From Camelus ferus (taxonomy: Eukaryota): DNA of 64,000 nucleotides. The position numbers were made by a program, and so were the translations under genes. The notes under the pieces were generated by a model. The model was given only the letters and a program-made list of their open reading frames with translations, was not told where the DNA came from and made no database searches. The stretch is from the NCBI RefSeq assembly GCF_009834535.1, contig NC_045696.1, forward strand, positions 88,972,001-89,036,000, read 5' to 3'. Within the stretch, counting starts at the first letter, position 1, and every line of letters begins with the position of its first letter. Shown piece by piece: positions 1 to 13,497 of this stretch.

Positions 1-251
1 TACCAGTCTGTGATCAGGATCATTATTAACCTGAATATCCTAAATATGACTAAAAGATGCACGTACTTGATATAGACTCATAGATGATGATGTTTAGTTA
101 TACTAGAGAAGATTAAGATTCTAATGAATTTAGGTGATAGAGAAGAGAAGAAAGAAGGTAGTGTAACAATCATAAATTAGTTCATATGGTTAAGAATTTT
201 TGAAATGAGAAAATGTTCAGAGGCTATCTGAATTTTTATTTTATTCATTAG

Positions 252-383
252 ATACTGGTAGATACAGTTTGGGCCCTGTCTTACCTTACTGATGCTGGCA
301 ATGAACAGATACAGATGGTAATAGACTCTGGAATAGTCCCTCATTTGGTTCCTCTGCTCAGCCACCAGGAAGTTAAAGTTCAG
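252..383 (+). CDS. KPNA4: KPNA4 (importin alpha-3) coding exon, 1st in window
   Basis: ttcattag|ATA...CAG|gtgagt; 132 nt, [44 protein letters not shown] (ARM repeat); phase 0-0. Upstream exons lie outside the window. Confidence 0.97.
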
Positions 384-2044
384 GTGAGTTTTTATTTATA
401 AAAATGTAAGTTTTTCTTACCACTATTTGTTTATGACATTCAAACATGGACAATTTCAGTAGCTTAAAGTATATTTTTAAACTAATAACAACAAATCTAT
501 GATAAAAAGATCGAGTTACTATATCCTCATTTTGAAAATGGAGAAAATTAGGTAAGATTACTATAGTTCAACACAAACTACTCCCCACCCCCCCAAAAAA
601 GTTTACTTCTTTGTAAAGTACCGATTTCTAATGTAGACCAGGGCAATTCATATAACACCTTGGGTAGCATCTGAAGTAAGTATTGATAATTTAATTTTTC
701 CTACTCTACCTGTTTTTCTTCCACTCTTCTACTCCTCCCCAGCTGTCCTTTTTTACTCTCCTCCACTGCACCTGGCAAGTTTAGTTAATGTATAGCTCCA
801 CTGCACTACAATAAAGGCTTTGTACTGAAATATGGTGCTTAGGGGCTTCCCAAATTATTTCCTTTCATTTGTTTAAAATATTTTTCTCTAATTTTTATTC
901 TTTTAAAATCCTTCCACATAAATATCTCAAAGAACCTTCATCTAAAAAGAGCCAGAAAAGAGAAGGTGAAAAGTTTACACAAATATTATAAGCAGTAACT
1001 GTCAAACTACAGTGGCAAAGGGAGTTGCCGAAAGCTCTCCCTACCCTTCTGAGGTAAATAATGAGCTTTAATATTATAATGACTGAAAGTCTGTAAAATA
1101 CGGTAATAGCACAAGAAAAGCTGTTAACCTGATTCACTATTTATCAACCTGGCTGGACACTGAAGTCAACTATGTGAAGCTTAAATTTAAAAATCTAGTT
1201 TATTTCTCTTGTATAATTCCTAGAAATTCTGTTTCAGTAAATCTGGGGTATTTTCTGGGAACCTGGGCTTTCAAAAGCTCTTCAGGTTATATTCATATAC
1301 TGTCAGAATGGAAACCCACTGCCTTAAAACTTAAAGCACTTTAAATTCAGAAAGAATTGATTAATAGAATAATTTGTCATTTGGAGGCATTTGTGGCTTA
1401 TTTAAAACATTCCTACCAGATTCTTATCATTAAGTTTGCATTTCTTGAATGTGGTACTTATGTCTTGCTATAGGTTTTTGGTTTGTATTTTGTTTTTGTT
1501 TTTTTCAGAATGCATCTTCAGTTTTATTTCTGGGCTTCATTGGGAAAATAGAGCTTGTACTTTTACTTTAGCCAGCTCTCAAGGAAAGTTAATGTTCTGT
1601 ACTTTGCCTGATAACTAATAGAGATTTAAAACATTTTTTTCAACTTTCATGCCATAATTTAGGAACACAGAAAGAATAGTATAGTGAACCGTGTAGGTTT
1701 TCTCTGTTTCTTTCCTTCCCCTCCATATTATTTTGACACAAATCCCAGATATCATATAATTTCATTCGGCTTGCATCTCCAAAAAGTAAGGATATTTTTA
1801 ACATGACCACAATACCGTTAGAGCACTTTAAAAAATATTAATGTTAAAATCCTTTCAGTATCCAAATTTTACTGATTGCTTCATATTTTTTTCAGTTTGA
1901 CTAAATCAGTACCCAAACAAGGTCAACACATTGCATTTGGTAGCTGTCTTCAGGTTTCTGCTACTCTGTAACTTTCTTCTCCTTTTTTTCTTTCCCCTAT
2001 TGATTTGTTAAAGAAGCTGAGTCACTTCAAAATATTTTTGAAAA

Positions 2045-3170
2045 AAATTTAAAAATCCTAAATAAGTGGAAAGACATCCATATTCGTGGATTGGAAGACT
2101 TAGTGTTATTAGGATGGCAGTGCTCCCCAAATTCATCTACAGGTTAAATGCAGTTGCTATTAAAATCCCAGGGGTCTTTTTTGCAGAAACTTACAAGCTA
2201 ATAGCCAAAACAGTCCTGAAAAAGAACCAAGTTTGAGGACTTGCTTATTTCAAAACTTGACTGCAAAGCTAGGAAACAAGACTTTTTGATACTGGCATAA
2301 GGATAGACATATAGATCAATGAAATAGAATCAAGGGCCCCGAAATAAACTCATTTACTTATGGTCAGTTGATTTTCACCAGGGGTGCTAAAAAAATTCAG
2401 TGAGCAAAGAATAGTCTTTTCAACAAATGGCTCAAGAATACTGTATATCCATACGTAAAAGAATGAAGTTGGATCCCTACTTCACAGCATATTTAAAAAA
2501 TTAACTCAAAATGAGTCAAACACCTAAATATAAGAGCTAAAAGTATAAACCTTTTTTCTTTGACGAAAACATGACGTTGGATTAGGCAGTAGTTTCTTAG
2601 ATATGACACCACAAGCAACCAAGAAAAAAGATAATAGGACTTAACCAAAATTAAAAACTTCTAAGGAAACCGTCAAGAAAGTGAAAAGACAACCTACAGA
2701 ATGGAAGAGAATAATTGCAAATCATACATCTGAAAAGAAATTTCTATCCAAAATACATAAAGAACTCTTACAACTTAACAACAGAAAATGGCAACCCAAT
2801 TTAAAAATGGTTTAAAAGATTTGAATAGCATTCTCCAAAGAAAACATACAGATGGTCAGTAGCACATGAGTTGATGTTCAGCATCATTAGTCATTAAGGA
2901 AATGCAGGTCAAAGCCATGATGAAGTACCACTTCATACCCACCAGGATGGCTGTGATCAAAAAGACAGTAACAGGTGTTGGCAAGGATATAGAGAAAGTA
3001 GAATCCTCAGACTCTGCTGGTGGGAATGTAAAATGGTGCAGTCTCTTGGGAAGTTTGATAGTACCTGGAAAAGTTACTCATAGAGTTATCATATGACCCA
3101 GCAAGTCGTATGATACTCCCAGGTATCTCCCCAAGAGAATTGGAAACACATGTTCACACAAAAACTGGTA
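2045..3170 (+). mobile_element. Old L1 (LINE-1) fragment, ORF2 3' portion
   Basis: Decayed L1 ORF2 motifs (tactggcataaggatagacatatagatcaat; MQVKAMMKYHFIPTRMAVIKKT). Confidence 0.9.
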
Positions 3171-3420
3171 CTATTGTATTTTATTTATGGCCATAATTAC
3201 TATCTAAAATTATCCTTCTTGTTTGTTTATTAGCTGTCTCCTCCTACAGTAATGGAATCTCTGTAAGAGCTAGAATTTGTGTCTGTCCTATTCACTCCTC
3301 TGTTCTAAATCAGCTTCAGACACAGCTTGCTCAAAAAGGATAGGCTGGCATGAATGAATGAATGTATCTTTCATAACCTGCCTAACATACCTCTGTGGTA
3401 ATAAGGAATATTTCACATAG

Positions 3421-3636
<216 letters not shown>

Positions 3637-3752
3637 TAAAATTAGGGATTTGGGGAAAAAATTAAGAGAAGATAGAATATTTTACACTTTATAACATGAA
3701 TTAGTACATGATTTTCTGTATATAAAACAAACCAGTGCAAATTTGGCTCTCT

Positions 3753-3877
3753 TGGAAATGATGAAATAGAGATAACTGGGTGTTGAATATTGTATGATTG
3801 GAAATTTTTAATATGTAAGTTAAGTAATTAGTAAAAATTTAATACTTAAAGCTACTTAACAGAGAGAGAGAGAGAGA

Positions 3878-3915
<38 letters not shown>

Positions 3916-4100
3916 GCTATGAAAAGGGGGCACTGACTGGTGATGCTGATATTGGAGTGCATCTGAGGCTGTTGTAGAAATACATGGGTTGTTGATTACA
4001 ACATTGCCAATGATTATAACCCAAGAACAGCTCACCTGAGTAGCCTAGCACCCTAAAATCTCTAACAGGTTCATTAAATATGGTCCTGTGATCTGATCCA
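3753..4100 (+). ncRNA. SCARNA7: Box C/D small Cajal-body RNA SCARNA7 (U90), intronic in KPNA4
   Basis: C box ATGATGA 3758-3764, D box CTGA 4093-4096, terminal stem GGCTCTCTTGGA (3745-3756) / TCCAGAAGAGCC (4097-4108), internal (GT)n tract. Antisense TTGGAGTGCA before the D' box CTGA (3963-3966) pairs with U1 UGCACUCCGG and places U1 A70 at D'+5. Host gene matches the known SCARNA7 location. Confidence 0.95.
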
Positions 4101-4387
4101 GAAGAGCCTGCTGCACACTAGGAGTAAAACTTCTTTACTAGTTTTTTAAAACAGAGAAAATGTTTCCCTTTAGTAAATTCATATGTTTGAAAATTTATTA
4201 AGTTTGGTAAATTATAGTAATATCCCACATAGGTAGATATTTTGTCTTATTTCATTTTGTGATTTCAGTGTGCATTTATTTATTATCTATGAAACTGGTT
4301 TAAAAAAAAAACTTGTAATCATCTTGGTAAAAGTAGCACTGTCGTGATATAAAGGGTAACATGAAAAGATCATTAAGGTAGACCAAA

Positions 4388-4511
4388 GGGGAGGGTATAG
4401 CTCAATGGTACAGTGCGTGCTTAGCATGCATGAGGTTCTGGGTTCAGTCCCCAGTACCTCCATTAAATAAACAAATGCCCCCCCCAAAAAAAAGGGGGGT
4501 TTAAAAAAAAT
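4388..4511 (+). mobile_element. Vic-1-like tRNA-derived SINE
   Basis: GGGGAGGGTATAGCTCAATGG A box, GGTTCAGTCCC B box, A-rich tail, target-site duplication GTAGACCA. Confidence 0.9.
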
Positions 4512-5060
4512 GTAGACCAGTAAAGCAATCAAACATCCGATTCTGCTTTACCTCTGGAGAGAAACGGTGCAATGAACGACTGTTACAAATAAGTATACTA
4601 AAACAATCCATTGTTTCATTTTTCGTGTCTCCATTATCACGGAAAATCGAGAGATTTATCTGCTTTGGCTAGGACTCTTGATCAGAATAGAATAGCGAAT
4701 AAAGCACATCATGTGAGAAGGATGCTGAATCTCGTTCACAGTTGTTTTAGGATTTGTATTTGTATTATAGCTCATTAGTTCCTTAGTATTTGTTCAACCA
4801 AGCTTCTTTTGAGTATGATTGTTTGGGAACATTGCTTTTGAGAATTTGTTATTAGTTCATTATGACTTAGACTAGGGCCATTAGCAGTTTGTCCAAAAAA
4901 ATATGGAAAGGGGATAGGGGAGTTCAGATTCCTAAGCTTTTTATTATGGAACTCATTCCATAATAAAATAATTTGGACATTGTAGTGAATGTATTTTTTC
5001 TTAGTTCAGATGCAGGTTTTATTTTTTAATGAGGAATATTGAAGGGGTCTTGTTCTACAG

Positions 5061-5165
5061 GAAGCAGTGTGGTTCCTCTCTAACATCACCGCAGGAAATC
5101 AGCAGCAGGTTCAGGCAGTAATTGATGCCAATCTTGTACCAATGATAATACACCTCTTGGATAAG
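5061..5165 (+). CDS. KPNA4: KPNA4 coding exon, 3rd in window
   Basis: ctacag|GAA...AAG|gtaaga; 105 nt, [35 protein letters not shown]. Confidence 0.97.
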
Positions 5166-6598
5166 GTAAGAAAAACATCTTGTTTATCTGAGTAAAAGGA
5201 TAATACTGTAACTCTGTGAAATTAAGAATTAGTCCCATTTGACAGATTAAGAAACTGTGGTATAAACAAATGAATTATCCAAGATCAAACAGCGAGTGTG
5301 CTATTTAATCATATACCATATCATCTCATGCTTTCATTAAGTTTGGGAAAGAGACAATTTAAAATGTCACAATCACAGCATGAGGGTTTTTTCTGAACAC
5401 TGATCTGTTCATGAAAGAGAAAGTAACTATCTTCCTCCGTGTTTCCTACAAACTGGTAGTAGAGGCTACTTTCCTATAAACTGGTAGATCAGGTTCAGTC
5501 TTTAGGTAAGAATGCTTAATGCACTAATGAGTCACATGAGGAGACACATACTGCTTGTCCTACATCTAGTGATTAAGATTGATAAGTGAGCCCAAGTGTT
5601 ACCAGCCTATTTTAGCTGATAGTTATAAAGTTACTCATCCATCTTTCATGTAATCATTTTCAGTCAGTCATTGATGATCATTACCTGGGTCCCTTATGTT
5701 ACTAGGAACTGCAAAATGGTGACTTTATAATTCTGTCATTCTTTATATATTAGCCATGATTCTTCAGTAAAGAAGAATAAAGAGCTTTTTCTTATTAGCT
5801 TTGGTTTACTCTAAAATACATTTCATATAGGAAGGGCAAGGTAACTGATTTTTGCTCATTATCACTCAGTTTTTAGAATGACATGGTTCTGTAACAACCT
5901 CAAAAAGAGACTAGGCTAAAGTTTTTCATGTCATTAGCAAATTACGAATTTTTATGTGTGTATTTTGTAAGTTTTAGTTCATTGTAGTTATTCTTTCTGA
6001 CACTCAAGTTGTCCATGAAACAATGGAAACTCACTAAATTTGGTGCCTTTGTCTTTTTTACATCACTCTAATAGTTTTTAAGAGCTTTCTACTTTTGGGA
6101 TATGACATGATTCCCAGGTATGTTTTATATATTTTCTGACCTAGAGCTGGAATTAACTGGTTTTCAGGGTGTTCCTGGTTCCTTTTTGTAGCAAATGGTA
6201 TTTAAGGTACTTATTTGAGGTACTAAGGATGATCATTGCTACAAGGTTATCATTATATCTAGGCCTAAGTGAACAAAATAGGTGACAATGTATTTTTTTA
6301 AGAAAGTGAAAAATATATGTATTGTAATTTTGTGAATGTGAGAATTCATAAAAAACAAGTCATGAATGAAAGGAAGCCATTAGATAGTATTGGGTATTTA
6401 AAATAAGTGTTTTTATTTTCACTTCTATTTTATATATCTTTTATGCTGAAAATCTTAAAAACATGAACGTAATTGTTTACTTTATATACTGAGAGAAATA
6501 ACATAAAATCTACCAAAATAACAAGACCACGTTGACACTTACACATGACTATTCCACTTTTGAGATTTCCACGAGGATTTTTTTGTCTTCTATCAATG

Positions 6599-6652
6599 AT
6601 ATACTTAAAAATAATGTCACTTGGATAATATACTTAAAAATAATGTCACTTG
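6599..6652. repeat. Short tandem duplication
   Basis: ATATACTTAAAAATAATGTCACTTG at 6599-6623 and 6628-6652. Confidence 0.9.
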
Positions 6653-7979
6653 AAATAATTCCTGTGTGTGTGGTTAAGGCACCAACTTGACACACAGTTA
6701 GGTTGTTTGTTTCTTTTTGTTTTTTATTTGGGGGAATTACTTTAGTTTTTTGGTTTAAAATTAGTTTTTGGTTTATTCTTCTATTGTTTCTTCTTTAAAT
6801 ATAAGCAAATGCCTATGTATGTGCCTGTTCCCACCCTTCCTAACACAGATGATAGCCTAATATATATATATTCTTTTTCTTGCATTGCTTTAAGTGGATA
6901 TATATACCCTGGGAGTCACTCCCATACCACTATACAAAGAGCTTCCTTGTTCCCTTTTTTTTTTTTCTTGTTCCTTTTTTAGCTACATAGTATTCCACTG
7001 TATGGATGAACTATAATGTATTTATTTTATTATTTTATGTATATTATTATGTATATTATTTATTATTTTATGACATTTGAGATATTTGTAGTATTTTGCT
7101 GTTAAATAGTACTTTAAAGAATAGTTTGTAAGTTTCTTCCATGTTTTTGCCAGATTATATTTAGGATTACTGGATCTACACGTAGACATATATATAAATT
7201 TTGCTATATATTGCCCATCTTCCTCTAGAAGCGTTGTTCCATTTTACTCTCCTACCAGTCTCACTGACAGATATTTGTAAATTTTATCAATCTGATAAAT
7301 AGGAGTACATATCCCAATGTAGTTTTAATTTTTGTTTTTCTTATTTACATATTTTTTTCTAATATAAGCATTTTTTCAGATTGCTAGTCATCTTAATATT
7401 GAACAGATTGGTGATTATTTTAGTCAATAGACTTACTATAAGTAGTTATTCCTCTGGTGTTGAGAATTTAAGTTGCTTTTACTTTTTGACTATTATGTGC
7501 TCCTAAGACATTGTATAGAGAGATACATAATGTAACTTTGTTCTGAATTATTTTCTTGGTAAATTCTCAAAGATAAGATTACCAAATCATGAATATAATT
7601 TTTTAAAGTGATTTTTAAATTTATTTTTTTCAATTTGTATTTGAAAGATAATATATGAGGGTAATGTCTTTATTAAAGTCTCATTGATGGTGGACATTTT
7701 CACTTTTAAACCTTTGTTATGTGTTTAAAAGGATACTTTATTTTACCTTGACATTTCTTTGATTAAAGTGAAATTATACATTTTTCATATATTTTTGATT
7801 GATTTTATTTTATCATTGACTTCATTTAATCTGATATTGAACAGCAACATCAATTCAATTTTTCCCAGGGAAGTTCGTGAAAAGAGAGCTCCATTTCTTT
7901 AGAGTAAATTGGTTTCAATGGCTTATCTTAACAAGTAAAAAATATTTTATGCATGTAGAAAGGCTAGAAGAAAACCTGA

Positions 7980-8183
<204 letters not shown>

Positions 8184-9316
8184 TAGTATCGATAATTCCA
8201 AGATTTACATTTCATAAATCATAATTTAAAACAATAGCAAGATAAACAGGCATTCTGTGATGTATAAGAGTGTCACCTTGACTTCCTTTAGTTACATTCC
8301 ACAGATATGAAGTATTCTTTTTTCAGCTTCTGGGCCTACAAGAATTTTCTAATCCATGATAAAATCAAGGTACTTATAGTCAGGGTTGTTTTGTTTTGTT
8401 TAAACAGTGTTAAGAAAAAAACAAGACTTTTTAGGTTGATAGGGCAGAATGAAACTGCCTCACAGATTCTCCTAACAAATGAACAACAACTAAAAAAGAA
8501 AGCAAAACAACAGCAAAAATTGTCCAGTAGCAAACCAAACAAGGAACTAAACTCAGCCAAAAAGCAGGGGCTAGGAACTAGGGTGAGCAATGTCAGGTGC
8601 CTAGGGCATAAAATGTAAAGAGGCACTCTCTCAGAGTTGCATGGATGATGAAGCTTAACACTGTGCCAGCTGCCAAAAGAAAATGACTTTTAAAGGTCTC
8701 AGGTATGTTTCACAGACAGATAAAAAGGGGGAATTTGGAACTGATAATTGTCACAGATAAGCTATAGATTGGTACTGACCAATGAATCCACTCAAATATG
8801 AATACAGAGCAGAATATAAATATAATACATGGAAATAACTAATAAAATAGAAAAATGATAGAAAAAATACTTTGAAAATATTATGGAACCAATAGAATAG
8901 TGAATTGAGAGGTGGCCAGGTTTTATGAGAGTGTTAAATGTTACAGCAAAGAACTAGGAGATGCTCTCACATTGAACAATCATAGTTTAAAAAAAAAATC
9001 ATCTTGTCTCTTAACTGATCTTATACTTTCTTAATGTTAAAAGGGAAAGGCTGTCTGAAGGAATGCTTATGGCAAAGAAATGTTTCATATGAAATAGAGT
9101 GATTACTTCATTTTTACTTTAGTTTTTTTACTAAGTTCAAGAAAAATATACTACATTAAAAAGAAAAGGTTAGATGAATGTTGTCTAACTTAACATGTGA
9201 GAGATGAGTTCATATTTCCATACTCAAGATTTTTAAGTCAAAATTATTCCAATGAGATAATAGGGTACACAGATGAAGTTCACTTCCCTTTATTATATCA
9301 TATTTATACTCTTCAG

Positions 9317-9479
9317 GTCGCCTACTTAATCCAACAAAATGTTATCCCACCTTTTTGCAACTTGCTGACTGTAAAAGATGCACAAGTTGTGCAAGTAGTA
9401 CTCGATGGACTAAGTAATATATTAAAAATGGCTGAAGATGAGGCAGAAACCATAGCCAATCTTATAGAAGAATGTGGAG
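9317..9479 (+). CDS. KPNA4: KPNA4 coding exon, 5th in window
   Basis: cttcag|GTC...GGAG|gtaaga; 163 nt, [17 protein letters not shown]...IANLIEECG+G (phase 1). Confidence 0.97.
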
Positions 9480-9669
9480 GTAAGATTATTATAAACTGTT
9501 ATTCTACATTTTGATGTTCTTTTTATAACTGCTTTTATTTTCTGACTGAGATAGCTCTTTTGTATTTTTGTGGCTTAGATAATCAAGTAACAGAATAAAG
9601 TTAAATACTATATTCTGTATGTACAGTCCTGCTTAGCTCTTGCACATGCTTAGGTAACTGAATTGTTGC

Positions 9670-11290
9670 CATTTATTGAACAAGCATTGTGCTAATAAGG
9701 TACTGGGAAAATACCAGTAAACAAGGCAGAGTCCTTGCCCCCAAGGCATGTAGTCTAGTCATAGAGATAAATATGAACTGATTTAATGTGCTAATTACCC
9801 TAATAGAGATGTACAGCAAGATAAAATACCTAATCCATCCTGGAAGATGCAGGAAGTGACACCTGAGCTGGATTTTGGGAGATGAATAAAGATTAATAAA
9901 GTAAAAAGGGATGAAAGGTGTTCCAGGCAAAGATAACACCATTGGATAAGTCTGAGGTGAGAAGTAGCATTCAGCAAATTATAAGTAGTTCACTGCTGAA
10001 TCACAAAGTATGAGGTAGAAACTGCCAAAAAATGAGGCTGCAGACATAGGCAGTGACCAGGCCCTTGCAGTCTTAGAAGCTTTGTAGCACAGCAGATACT
10101 TTATCTTATAGGACAGTGGTTCCCAAATCTGGCAGTGTACCAGAGCCACTCGGAAGGTAGACAACAAGTCTTAGCTTTCAACTCTTAGGATTAACATGTA
10201 GACAGAACATGGAAGTCTCAAATGTGACTGTGAAACAAAATGTAAATATTATCAAGCTGGATAAGCATAAAAATAAAAGATATTTCTGATTGAATTTGAG
10301 AAGTAAATGAAAGGAGAGGTAACAGGGTAGGAGAACCAGTCTCTTCAGCTTACGCAGTGGAAGAGCTAAGAGGCTTGAATATTAATTTAGTAAGAAGTAA
10401 GTATTTTTAAAGTTACTAAAGTGACAAGTAGAACAGCAAAGAAATATGATGCATAATGTCAAGTTGGGAATGGGAAATAGGGAAAACTGTTAGGGAACTA
10501 ATTAGGAAGTGAGTACTAGAAAAATTAAAAATAGGCATAGTTAAAATTTTTTCTTGTTTTTTTTTCTTTTACCATATAAACATTTTAATCATTAAAATTT
10601 TGTTTTTATATATTAAAATAAAAACACGGATCTTGAGCATTGCCTGCTTCATTGGAAGTGAAGCCCAGGAATCTGTATCTTATAGGCTCCCCCATGGATT
10701 CTGCCATAGTGTATGACAAGCTATTGGAAGATTTTACCTAGGGCATTGATGTGTTTAAATGAAGCATGACTCTGAGGGGAATGCAACTGTTAGAGACAAG
10801 AGTCAGGAAACCACCTAGGAAAGTATATAGTGGTCAGACCACAATAAATGAAGGCAGTGATAATAGAGACAAAGGGGAGATAACAAGATTCAAGAAATGG
10901 ATAGACTGAGGTTTTTGAGATTTGATTATAGAGTATTGAGGGGAAGGGGAACTTAGTCTTTCTCTCAGATTTCAAACCATTGTTATCACCAGTAAGAATA
11001 CAGTAGGATAAACAGTGTAAATGAGGCAAAGCAAGTAACAAATTGTGTTTTGGACAGTTTGAGTTTTAGGTACCTGTGAAGTGTCTCATGGAATGATCAT
11101 GCCGGATTTAAATTTTAAGATTCTGAAACTCAGAAAAGAAATGAAGCCATAGATTTATAAGTCCTCAGTCTACATGTAGTAGTTAAATTTTTTCATGGAA
11201 TGGCCCTATAAGGAGAATATGTGAAGTGAGAAATGTGCCCAAATAACTTCCTCCACTTAAGGAGTAGGTAGAGGAGGAACACTTACGAAA
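9670..11290. mobile_element. L2 (LINE-2) fragments with intervening older repeats
   Basis: catttattgaacaagcattgtgctaat start and ttggacagtttgagttttaggtacctgtga L2-type motifs. Confidence 0.6.
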
Positions 11291-11869
11291 GGGCAATTTC
11301 ACTTTAATTCAGAGGCCTTAATTGTTACTCCTATAGAGCAAAACAGGATCCAGTTTGCATACCAAAAGTTTAAGTTTATATATTCTGCCTAGAATTTAAT
11401 AAATTTATTAATGTTTATAGGGAAAAACCCCTGAAATACTGTGGTTGATTTTGATTGTTTTTCATTATACTTAATAGGTGTCTTAACATTCATATTTATT
11501 AGTCAGTAGTATTAAAAGTTTTTTCATACATGTTCATTAGAAATACTTGGCAGATGCTAGAAACTAGAACAAATTTGCTTTTAACATTTAACAAACAACG
11601 CCATTTTATATATAAACACTGACACATACCATATTCTGTTGAGTAGATACATTTCCGTTGCTTACATTTATATGCAGTTGGACACTCAGGTTGTTAATTT
11701 TTTTAAGATAAATATGCTGTATCTTTGTGTATAAAACCTTTTTATTCTTGAGATTTACCTTTAAAATAGATTCCCCCAAATTGGATTATATGTTCCCAAG
11801 ATTATTGTAACATTTTTGTCACTATTTTTAAAATATTTCTGTTGTTTCACTTTGTAAAATTTCTTACAG

Positions 11870-11964
11870 GCCTGGAGAAAATTGAACAACTTCAAAATCA
11901 TGAAAATGAAGACATCTACAAATTGGCCTATGAGATCATTGATCAGTTCTTCTCTTCAGATGAT
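11870..11964 (+). CDS. KPNA4: KPNA4 coding exon, 6th in window
   Basis: cttacag|GC...GAT|gtattt; 95 nt, (G)[31 protein letters not shown]. Confidence 0.96.
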
Positions 11965-13398
11965 GTATTTAATAATTTTATGGTTTGCTTAGTTTTATGT
12001 ATAAACATAAATCTGGATGAAATAATATAGTAAGCTAGGACATATATGTATGTACTTTTGGGGAATGGAATTAGGTATATAAGAGTAATATTGATTATTT
12101 CAGAAACAAATATTTCAGTATTTTGAAGTCCCTCAAGGCATTAAAAAGTAGTACTAGCTCTAATGGCAAAAAAAAGATAAGAATTTTTTGACAGTGACAA
12201 ATGAGGCAAACAGGGATACTAGTATATCCTATAATAAATCCATTATGACCCAATAATTAGTTAGTCCATGTTTAAATATATTGTCACTGTTGTTCTTAGT
12301 TGCTGACTAAAAATGAATGTTAAGATAAATAGATACAATGAAAAAAATTATTATGAAGTATGTTACTATATAATGTAAGGTATAATATACAAAAATGTTT
12401 TCAGATTGTCAGTATATAATAGTTGAAATTAAAGTATTATTTTTAGTATTGCCTTTTCGGAGAAGTTAAATCTAAAAATAAAGCAGTTGTTTCTTAGAAA
12501 ATTATAGTAATTAGGTATAGCCACCAGTGGATTTCTTGAATTGATTTTCATAACATTAACATTTCAAAAAAGAAAATGGAATGTTATTAAACATTTTGTT
12601 AACAGGCATGATTTGAACATTAACCTGACAAAGACAATACTAGAAAAGAGTTATAGATTATTTATTACAAATGATTAAGCCAGGTCCTGTTTAGAATGTA
12701 ATACCAGTTAAATAAATCAGGAATAAAAATCCTGAAAAAGCATACTTTTTTAAAGGTAGCTTTAATCAAATGTCTTAAAGTTGGATTTTTAGAAGTCTTA
12801 ATTTATAATTAGGTTTACACAAGGCCTAATGTTTCCTAGTACCTTAACATGCAGTTTCTGGTTACTCTGTTACATTGTGAAAAGAATAATAAAGATGATA
12901 TGCCTATTATAGGAACTACACTATAGGTTTATAATTTTGTGGTACTTCAAAAAGAATCTTTAGACATAAAATATATAGAATGAATATTATTTTTCCATTA
13001 TTAGGAGAGCTATTATTTTACTACTTTAAGCTCAAACGTCATTTGTCTCCAATTGCTGTTAAAAGATTAACCAAAGATTATACTTACTCTCCAACAGTGG
13101 TAGCGTTATAGTGAATACCCTCTCAGTCTGAGATGCAAGACCTTCTACAGTGTATTACTTCTCTTTCATTCTTTTGAAAGATACCCATTTTGCATATTAT
13201 CTTAAGCCTCCTCATTTTGACATCCCTTAAGAGAAAGCTTTTAGAAAGTGTTTCCAATTTCTAAAGGGGTGATACGACAATGTTGACATCCATCATGTCC
13301 CTCATAATTTTTTAATAAAGGAAATGAGACTATTACTATAATGCTATTTGTGTATACTTTAAAATTAATCATTACTTTCTTTTTCTTTCTTCTCTTAG

Positions 13399-13497
13399 AT
13401 TGATGAAGATCCTAGCCTTGTTCCAGAGGCAATACAAGGTGGAACATTTGGTTTCAATTCATCTGCCAATGTACCAACAGAAGGGTTCCAGTTTTAG
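13399..13497 (+). CDS. KPNA4: KPNA4 last coding exon
   Basis: ctcttag|ATT...TAG; IDEDPSLVPEAIQGGTFGFNSSANVPTEGFQF*. The C-terminus TEGFQF identifies KPNA4 rather than KPNA3. Confidence 0.97.
   Translation: MDEDPSLVPEAIQGGTFGFNSSANVPTEGFQF

Noticed and set aside
4388..4462. tRNA-like sequence (and five similar copies) as tRNA genes
   Set aside because: A-rich tails, TSDs and divergence between copies show they are SINEs.
8307..8626. Opposing ~100-aa ORFs in a KPNA4 intron
   Set aside because: Driven by A-rich low-complexity sequence; no splice or domain support.
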